Source of the DNA: Algibacter sp.
GTDB lineage: Bacteria > Bacteroidota > Bacteroidia > Flavobacteriales > Flavobacteriaceae
Direction: 5' to 3'
Length of the DNA stretch: 64,000 nucleotides
Assembly: GCF_039977455.1 (NCBI RefSeq)
Contig: NZ_JBDWDG010000022.1
Span: 452,983 to 516,982, forward strand
Shown here one piece after another: positions 58,177 through 64,000 of the stretch. The first letter of the stretch is position 1, and each line of letters begins with the position of its first letter. The position numbers and the translations under genes were made by a program. A model generated the notes under the pieces. It saw only the letters and a program-made list of their open reading frames with translations, made no database searches and was not told where the DNA came from.

Positions 58177-58890
58177 TTGCGCCTTAACAATCAACATAAA
58201 GCCCTACTTATTACACTTCTAATTTCTGGAACTGTAGTACTCTTTGTTTTCAATTTAAGTCTGAAACAAAAAGATGTCTATGCATCTGAAAGTTATTACT
58301 TAATGGAGCCAGAAAAGGAAATCACCGAAGAAGAAATTAAAGTTCTTGAAGCTTTGGAAAATATGAATAACGCTAAGGCAGAAACTAACGACGCTTTTAA
58401 CGAAACCCAACAATCAAAACATTTTGCTCAAGCTTATAAAACTATTACGCCTCCAGAAGATTATGTTCCTAAATCGAACACCACATCTAACGAATCATCT
58501 TCTGCTAGAAAAGCATACGAGGTTCCCGAAGCTTCTAGTTTAAACAGCGAGGAGTTATCCAAATTTAGTAAAGTAAACGATTTGCTAAAAAAGCAACAAT
58601 CCGATGGCAACAACTCAAAAAGTTCCATTCGCTATTCTTTATTAAACAGAAAGAAAGTACACATACCAATACCTGTATATTTATGCGAAGTAGATGGTAA
58701 AATTGTAGTTAATATTACTGTTAATGCCAACGGAAAGGTTATTGATGCCTATGTAAACACCTCGTCAACATCCAATAATGCCTGTTTAATAGAACACGCT
58801 ATTGATTATGCCAAACGCTCACGCTTTACTCCCGATGCAGCTAAAGACAACCAAATAGGTACTATTACCTTCTTTTTTATTGGCAAATAG
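58177..58890 (+). CDS. TonB-like membrane-anchored protein
   Basis: N-terminal TM, low-complexity linker, C-terminal PIPVYLC..GKIVVNITVN..G.V and GTITF. Confidence 0.75.
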   Translation: MRLNNQHKALLITLLISGTVVLFVFNLSLKQKDVYASESYYLMEPEKEITEEEIKVLEALENMNNAKAETNDAFNETQQSKHFAQAYKTITPPEDYVPKSNTTSNESSSARKAYEVPEASSLNSEELSKFSKVNDLLKKQQSDGNNSKSSIRYSLLNRKKVHIPIPVYLCEVDGKIVVNITVNANGKVIDAYVNTSSTSNNACLIEHAIDYAKRSRFTPDAAKDNQIGTITFFFIGK

Positions 58891-59491
58891 GCTCTACAGC
58901 AGTAAGAATTTCTACCACATCATTAATTACATTTTGCCCTTTATCTTTATTATACCAATGTTGTAAATCTTCTTTAAACTCTGGTGTTAGTGCTCCATTT
59001 TTAGCCTTAAATCTATTTACATAACTTGTAGCTTCACTAGGTCTTGGACCATAGGTATTAAAAACTTCGCCTGTTTCGTTGTCAATCATAATAACTTTAG
59101 CTATGGCTCTATTCCCATGGGTTAAAAACAAATCCATAAGTTCTAAATTTTCATCGCGCAGTACTATTTTTATATCAATACCTGGGCTTAATTCCGCTAT
59201 TTTATTTAATGGAGGAATAACATGTGCCGCATCGCCACACCAACTTTCAGTAATTATTAACCACGTTGTATTTCTATTTAAGGCTTCTATTTTTCCTTTA
59301 GCATCTTGGCCAACCTTAATAGTTTTATCCCAACGCTTCATACGCCTATCATTAAGCACGGTATAATTGGCTAAGGCTTCCGTTTTTTCTAATCCTGTAT
59401 TAGAATTTTCTTCAGCTAATTGCTTTACTAACGTCCTATACTCTTGGTAAGTCATGCTTTTAGCTAAACTTTCTTTTATAATTTGGTTCAT
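58877..59491 (-). CDS. Thioredoxin-fold protein (WCGD type)
   Basis: ITESWCGDA, RDEN, YGPRP; start moved to the ATG at 59491. Confidence 0.85.
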   Translation of the reverse strand: MNQIIKESLAKSMTYQEYRTLVKQLAEENSNTGLEKTEALANYTVLNDRRMKRWDKTIKVGQDAKGKIEALNRNTTWLIITESWCGDAAHVIPPLNKIAELSPGIDIKIVLRDENLELMDLFLTHGNRAIAKVIMIDNETGEVFNTYGPRPSEATSYVNRFKAKNGALTPEFKEDLQHWYNKDKGQNVINDVVEILTAVEPICQ

Positions 59492-59620
59492 AACACTAGT
59501 TTTTAAGAAATCCTTAAACAAATTTAAAGTCTTCAGATTTTATATAAGGTGATTTTTGTCATACTTTTACTTTTAACCTTACAGTCTTTTTTAAGAGTAT
59601 TAAATTTTAGTGGTATTACA

Positions 59621-60184
59621 ATGAAAAAACACAGATGCGGTTGGTGCGAAGGTGATGCTTTATATGAAGCTTACCATGATAATGAGTGGGGCGTTCCTGT
59701 TTATGATGATGACACCTTATTTGAATTTTTAATTTTAGAAACGTTTCAAGCGGGTTTAAGTTGGATAACCATATTGCGTAAACGTGAAAACTTCAGAAAA
59801 GCCTTTGATAATTTTAATTACAAAAAAATAGCCAACTACCAACAAACTAAAATAGACGCTTTACTTCAAGACACTGGCATTATAAGAAACAAACTAAAGG
59901 TTAATGCTACCGTTAGTAACGCTCAATCATTTATGAAGGTTCAAGAAGAATTTGGAAGTTTTAGTGAGTATATTTGGAGTTTTGTTGATGGCAAACCTAT
60001 AAAAAATAGTGTAAAGCATTATAAAGATGCTCCAGGTAACACGCCTTTAAGCGATACCGTGAGCAAAGATTTAAAAAAACGTGGTTTTAAATTTGTTGGA
60101 TCTACAGTAGTTTATGCTCACATGCAAGCCACAGGATTGATTAACGACCACGAAGTAAAATGTTTTAGATACCAAGAAGTTTAG
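59621..60184 (+). CDS. tag: DNA-3-methyladenine glycosylase I
   Basis: RCGW, YHDNEWGVP, FQAGLSW, IIRNKLK, GFKFVG, NDH...C; ATG at 59621 chosen. Confidence 0.95.
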   Translation: MKKHRCGWCEGDALYEAYHDNEWGVPVYDDDTLFEFLILETFQAGLSWITILRKRENFRKAFDNFNYKKIANYQQTKIDALLQDTGIIRNKLKVNATVSNAQSFMKVQEEFGSFSEYIWSFVDGKPIKNSVKHYKDAPGNTPLSDTVSKDLKKRGFKFVGSTVVYAHMQATGLINDHEVKCFRYQEV

Positions 60185-60190
60185 TTTTTT

Positions 60191-60874
60191 ATGCCGAAAA
60201 CATATTTAAATAGCCTTACGCTTTTTCTTTTATTAACATATTTTAATGGCTTTACACAAAACAATTTTAGTGTTTTGGGCGAATCTGTATTGGCCGTTAA
60301 CCACACTACCACAGAAACTTATAGCTTTAATTTCACATTTAGAAGCCGTTATTTTTTAAACCATACCCATAATTTTACATACCAACAACAACAGGTTGAT
60401 GTATTTCACTTTTCGCATTATAAATTAAATACAAAAAACAAAATAGGCTTTGGTATGTATTATAGAAACCGAGATTGGTTTGAATCTGGAAGCGACGAAC
60501 TTCGTTTTACACAACAGTATAATTACAGCAAAAAGAAATTAGGTAAAAGTTACGGACATCGTTTTAGAAGCGAACAACGCATCCTAAAAAACAAAACTAT
60601 TTTTAGACAACGCTACCGGTTTGCCTTAAATTGTGTATTAAAAGGCACTAAATTACAACTAGGGTCCTCCTATTTAACTAGTGCTATTGAAGGGCTATTG
60701 AGTTTAAGCAAACCCAGTAAACCAGAAACCGACATTAGAATTTCTAGTCAAATTGGATGGCTAATTACTAAAGCTTTAAAGCTACAAACGGGACTAGAAC
60801 ACCGTTATGAAGCTTTTAATTTAAAGGCTAAAAACAATTTATTTGTACTGACTTCAGCGGTTTTGAGGATTTAG
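60191..60874 (+). CDS. DUF2490 outer-membrane beta-barrel protein
   Basis: Signal peptide; ELRFTQQY, HRFRSEQR, RQRYR. Confidence 0.78.
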   Translation: MPKTYLNSLTLFLLLTYFNGFTQNNFSVLGESVLAVNHTTTETYSFNFTFRSRYFLNHTHNFTYQQQQVDVFHFSHYKLNTKNKIGFGMYYRNRDWFESGSDELRFTQQYNYSKKKLGKSYGHRFRSEQRILKNKTIFRQRYRFALNCVLKGTKLQLGSSYLTSAIEGLLSLSKPSKPETDIRISSQIGWLITKALKLQTGLEHRYEAFNLKAKNNLFVLTSAVLRI

Positions 60875-60887
60875 AAAATTTAAACAT

Positions 60888-61517
60888 TTAACCCTTCAAA
60901 AACTCTATAAAAGTATCTCTAGAAACCTCTTCGGCCCCTAAACTTTCTAAATGATTAGTATAGACCTGGCAATCGATTAGCTTATAATTAGTGCTTTGTA
61001 TAAACAATATAAACCCCACTTTACTAGCGTTACTAACTTTGGCAAACATGCTTTCGCCACAAAAAACGCCATTATTTAAATCTACACCGTAAAGTCCACC
61101 TACTAACTCGTTATTTTGCCACACCTCAACCGATTTGGCCAATCCTAATTCATGAAGCTTTACATAAGCCTCAATCGTATCATTAGTCACCCACGTACCT
61201 TCCTGCCCGTTTCGTTTAACCAAAGCACATTGGGTTATTACGGCTCTAAAATCTTGGTTTATGGTGACTTTAAAATCTGATTGCCTTAACACCTGCCTCA
61301 TGCTTTTTGACACTTTAAGCTTTTCGGGATATAACACAAAACGCGGATCTGGAGACCACCATAAAATAGGATTACTTTCATCAAACCAAGGAAAAATACC
61401 GCTCTTATAGGCGAGTAGTAATCTTTCAGTAGATAAGTCGCCTCCAACAGCTATAATGCCTTCGAGGGATGTGTTATTCACATCTGGAAACCATATTTTT
61501 TCGGTTAGGTATTGCAT
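60888..61517 (-). CDS. aat: Leucyl/phenylalanyl-tRNA--protein transferase
   Basis: GGDLS, GIFPW, WWSPDPR, GGLYGV, GESMF, IDCQ. Confidence 0.95.
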   Translation of the reverse strand: MQYLTEKIWFPDVNNTSLEGIIAVGGDLSTERLLLAYKSGIFPWFDESNPILWWSPDPRFVLYPEKLKVSKSMRQVLRQSDFKVTINQDFRAVITQCALVKRNGQEGTWVTNDTIEAYVKLHELGLAKSVEVWQNNELVGGLYGVDLNNGVFCGESMFAKVSNASKVGFILFIQSTNYKLIDCQVYTNHLESLGAEEVSRDTFIEFLKG

Positions 61518-61529
61518 TTGAGTAAATAT

Positions 61530-61564
61530 AAAAAAACCTCAACATTTAGATAAATATTGAGGTT
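61530..61564 (-). terminator. Probable terminator after DUF3127
   Basis: AACCTCAA...TTGAGGTT hairpin with an A-run on + (T-run on -). Confidence 0.65.
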
Positions 61565-61611
61565 GGTATTATAAGTTTCCAGCTGTTGCGGAAATAACAA
61601 AATTACTTTAA

Positions 61612-61989
61612 TTAAAAAGGTAAATCGTCGTGATCTTCTTCTTTTAAGTTGCCTGCAGGCTCGAAAGCATCTGCTGGTGGCACTGGTGGTACGTTTCCTG
61701 ATGCGCCTTCAGCTTGAACAGCTTCAATTCTCCATCCTTGAATAGAGTTAAAATATTTAGTTTCACCTTGAGGGTTTACCCACTCTCTACCACGAAGATT
61801 AATGCTTATTTTAACTTGTTGTCCTTCTTTATAGCTGTTTAATAAATCTGTTTTATCTTGAACAAATTCCACCATAATATGTTGTGGATACTGCTCTTCA
61901 GTTGTTACAACAATTTCCCTTTTTCTAAACCCATTACTTCCAAAAGTTTGAGTTTCTCCAACCATTTTTATTCTACCTTGAACTTCCAT
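61612..61989 (-). CDS. DUF3127 OB-fold (SSB-like) protein
   Basis: FRKRE, QYPQ, INLRGREW, YFNSIQGWRI, acidic tail DDLPF. Confidence 0.92.
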   Translation of the reverse strand: MEVQGRIKMVGETQTFGSNGFRKREIVVTTEEQYPQHIMVEFVQDKTDLLNSYKEGQQVKISINLRGREWVNPQGETKYFNSIQGWRIEAVQAEGASGNVPPVPPADAFEPAGNLKEEDHDDLPF

Positions 61990-62039
61990 TTAATCTAAAA
62001 TTTAATCTTTATTAATATTTATTGTTGTCTGCCTTTTAT

Positions 62040-62909
62040 TTAAGACAATAGTATTTTTATAGCGCTTTCTACATCTCCAAAACTTAGATAGTTTTGCGCT
62101 AACTTATGTTTATCAATAGCTGTTGCACATGCTATATTCGGGTACCGCTCTCCTACTTCATCAATAAAAGCTTTGATACTTTCTTGCGTTGGTAATCCCT
62201 CAATATTCCCTAACATTCCTAAATCGTTCCCTGTTAAAACCGTACTATTTTTAACATCATCTGGTAAAGCATCAACTCCAACACCTAATGTTGCTATAGG
62301 TTTTGGAATTTCGAAAAACCCTTCCTTAGCTCTACTGTAATAACTACCTCCTGCTCTAGCAACCAAATCTAACTTTTTTTGGTCTATAGCATCATTTTCA
62401 TCAAGCACATTATCATCAATATGAAGTTTTACAACTTCACATATTATCAAATTACCTGCACCACCTTCAGCCCCTAATTTTATTATTTCATTTACCTTAC
62501 ACTCAAATTGCACTGGTGCTTCGGCTACTCTAAACGGCTTTACAAGGTCTGATTTAAGCATGGTTAAACCCGCTTTTTCAAACTCATTAACACCTTCAGG
62601 ATATTCTGTACTACTTAATGACATTTGGTGCACCATATTAAAATTAACAACATTAATAACAACTTCTTTTGTTATTTCAGCATTCTGTAACGTATGCTTG
62701 GTTGTATTATTTTTTACGCGTCTTGCCGGCGAAAAAATTAAAATTGGTGGGTTTGCACTAAATACATTAAAAAAACTAAATGGCGACAAATTCGGATTTC
62801 CCTCAGTATCTATTGTACTTGCAAAAGCAATAGGCCTTGGCGCAATAGCGCTTAACAAATAACCATGTAATTTACTGGTTGATAAGCTTTTTGGGTCTAT
62901 TGAGGGCAT
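62040..62909 (-). CDS. Flavin reductase family protein
   Basis: APRPIAF, NLSPFSFFN, KHT..N, ECKV, ARAGG. Confidence 0.9.
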   Translation of the reverse strand: MPSIDPKSLSTSKLHGYLLSAIAPRPIAFASTIDTEGNPNLSPFSFFNVFSANPPILIFSPARRVKNNTTKHTLQNAEITKEVVINVVNFNMVHQMSLSSTEYPEGVNEFEKAGLTMLKSDLVKPFRVAEAPVQFECKVNEIIKLGAEGGAGNLIICEVVKLHIDDNVLDENDAIDQKKLDLVARAGGSYYSRAKEGFFEIPKPIATLGVGVDALPDDVKNSTVLTGNDLGMLGNIEGLPTQESIKAFIDEVGERYPNIACATAIDKHKLAQNYLSFGDVESAIKILLS

Positions 62910-63121
62910 TAGTTATTTTAATTTTTACAAAACTAATCAAAAAAAAGATGAAAATTTAATCTAGTTTTCAACATTACCCTAGTCTATGTCAACAATCCAA
63001 CTTTATTTGTCATTTTATACTTCATAATTAAGCAATAAAACACCTTAAAATAGAGTTACTAACATCTTGAACAATAATATTAGCAGATTTGCATTATATT
63101 ACCATAAAAAATTTATTGTAA

Positions 63122-64000
63122 ATGATTTTTACCAAACATAGCAATGCATTCCGTTGGGCTATTGTTATAGCATCCTTTATTATTGTCTCCCTTATACTCT
63201 GGAAAACATACGAATTTTTTCAGCATTTTAAAGATGAGGAACGCACCAAAATGGAAAACTGGTCGTTTGCCCAAAACGAAATTATTAATTCGGATATAAA
63301 TACAAGTTTAGAACTCACACTACAAATTTTAAATAGTAACAAAACAACCCCTATGTTGGTTATTAATGAAGATGGTTCGCTATACAGCTCCAACAACATT
63401 GATGAAACCAAACTTACTGATTCAAAATATGTAAAAAAACTTATTGAAACCTTTAAAGAAGAAAACGAACCCATACCGGTTAAAATTGGCAATAGTATTT
63501 CTAGTACCATTTACTACGGTAATTCGCCGTTGCTTAATAAATTAAAATACTATCCATTAGCGTTGTTATTAATTATAGTACTGTTTGTAGCGCTTATTTT
63601 CTTTTTTTACAGCAGTAACAAAAACGCGACACAAAACAAATTATGGTCTGGAATGGCCAAAGAAACGGCGCATCAAATTGGTACCCCCCTATCCTCTTTA
63701 ATAGGGTGGACCGAAATACTTAAAACCGAAAATGTAAATCCGGATTACATAGTTGAAATAGAAAAAGATGTGGACCGCTTAAAAACCATTACCGAACGTT
63801 TTAGTAAAATTGGCTCTTTACCCGTTTTAGAAAAAGCCGATATTATAAAAGAAACTTTAGATTCTTACGGCTATTTAAAAACAAGGTCTTCAAAACTTGT
63901 TGATTTTGATATTATTATCCCTGAAGGCGAAATTTTTGTAAATTTAAACAAGCAACTTTACAGTTGGACCATTGAAAACTTAATAAAAAACGCTATTGAT
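63122..64000 (+). CDS. Sensor histidine kinase, truncated by the window end (not in the ORF track)
   Basis: Open frame from ATG 63122: TM segment, GMAKETAHQIGTPLSSL H-box, ENLIKNAID N-box at the edge. Confidence 0.92.
   Translation, partial: MIFTKHSNAFRWAIVIASFIIVSLILWKTYEFFQHFKDEERTKMENWSFAQNEIINSDINTSLELTLQILNSNKTTPMLVINEDGSLYSSNNIDETKLTDSKYVKKLIETFKEENEPIPVKIGNSISSTIYYGNSPLLNKLKYYPLALLLIIVLFVALIFFFYSSNKNATQNKLWSGMAKETAHQIGTPLSSLIGWTEILKTENVNPDYIVEIEKDVDRLKTITERFSKIGSLPVLEKADIIKETLDSYGYLKTRSSKLVDFDIIIPEGEIFVNLNKQLYSWTIENLIKNAID

Noticed and set aside
1-64000. CRISPR array, prophage, integrase or IS transposase
   Set aside because: There is no regularly spaced repeat-spacer array and no ORF with recombinase, transposase or phage motifs. 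The repeats found are dispersed, or are coding repeats.

Overview
This is an AT-rich bacterial chromosome segment, almost certainly Flavobacteriaceae (Bacteroidota). That is inferred from TAnnTTTG promoters, T9SS C-terminal sorting domains, DnaE with a fused exonuclease, a eukaryote-type GlyRS and the family-typical DUF genes. It is mostly housekeeping backbone: tRNA-Asp, clpP, trxA, dnaE, rpsP/rimM, trmB, a PhoP/PhoR-like two-component pair, tyrS, pyrC, hemD, pckA, glyQS, ald, leuS, ftsX, uppP, truB and aat, ending in a truncated histidine kinase. I found no CRISPR array, integrase, transposase or phage genes. The unexplained structure is mainly non-coding or small-scale. (1) Five dispersed ~90-120 bp structured repeats with a covarying outer stem and an interchangeable palindromic core. 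(2) One such REP-like core inserted in frame inside truB. (3) T9SS cargo genes bracketed by duplicated terminators, including a 33/34-identical direct repeat. (4) A 'CTD-only' T9SS protein with an 11-bp periodic box next to the response regulator. (5) An abutting metallophosphoesterase-DUF1853 gene pair. No database searches were run, so family names are from motif recognition.
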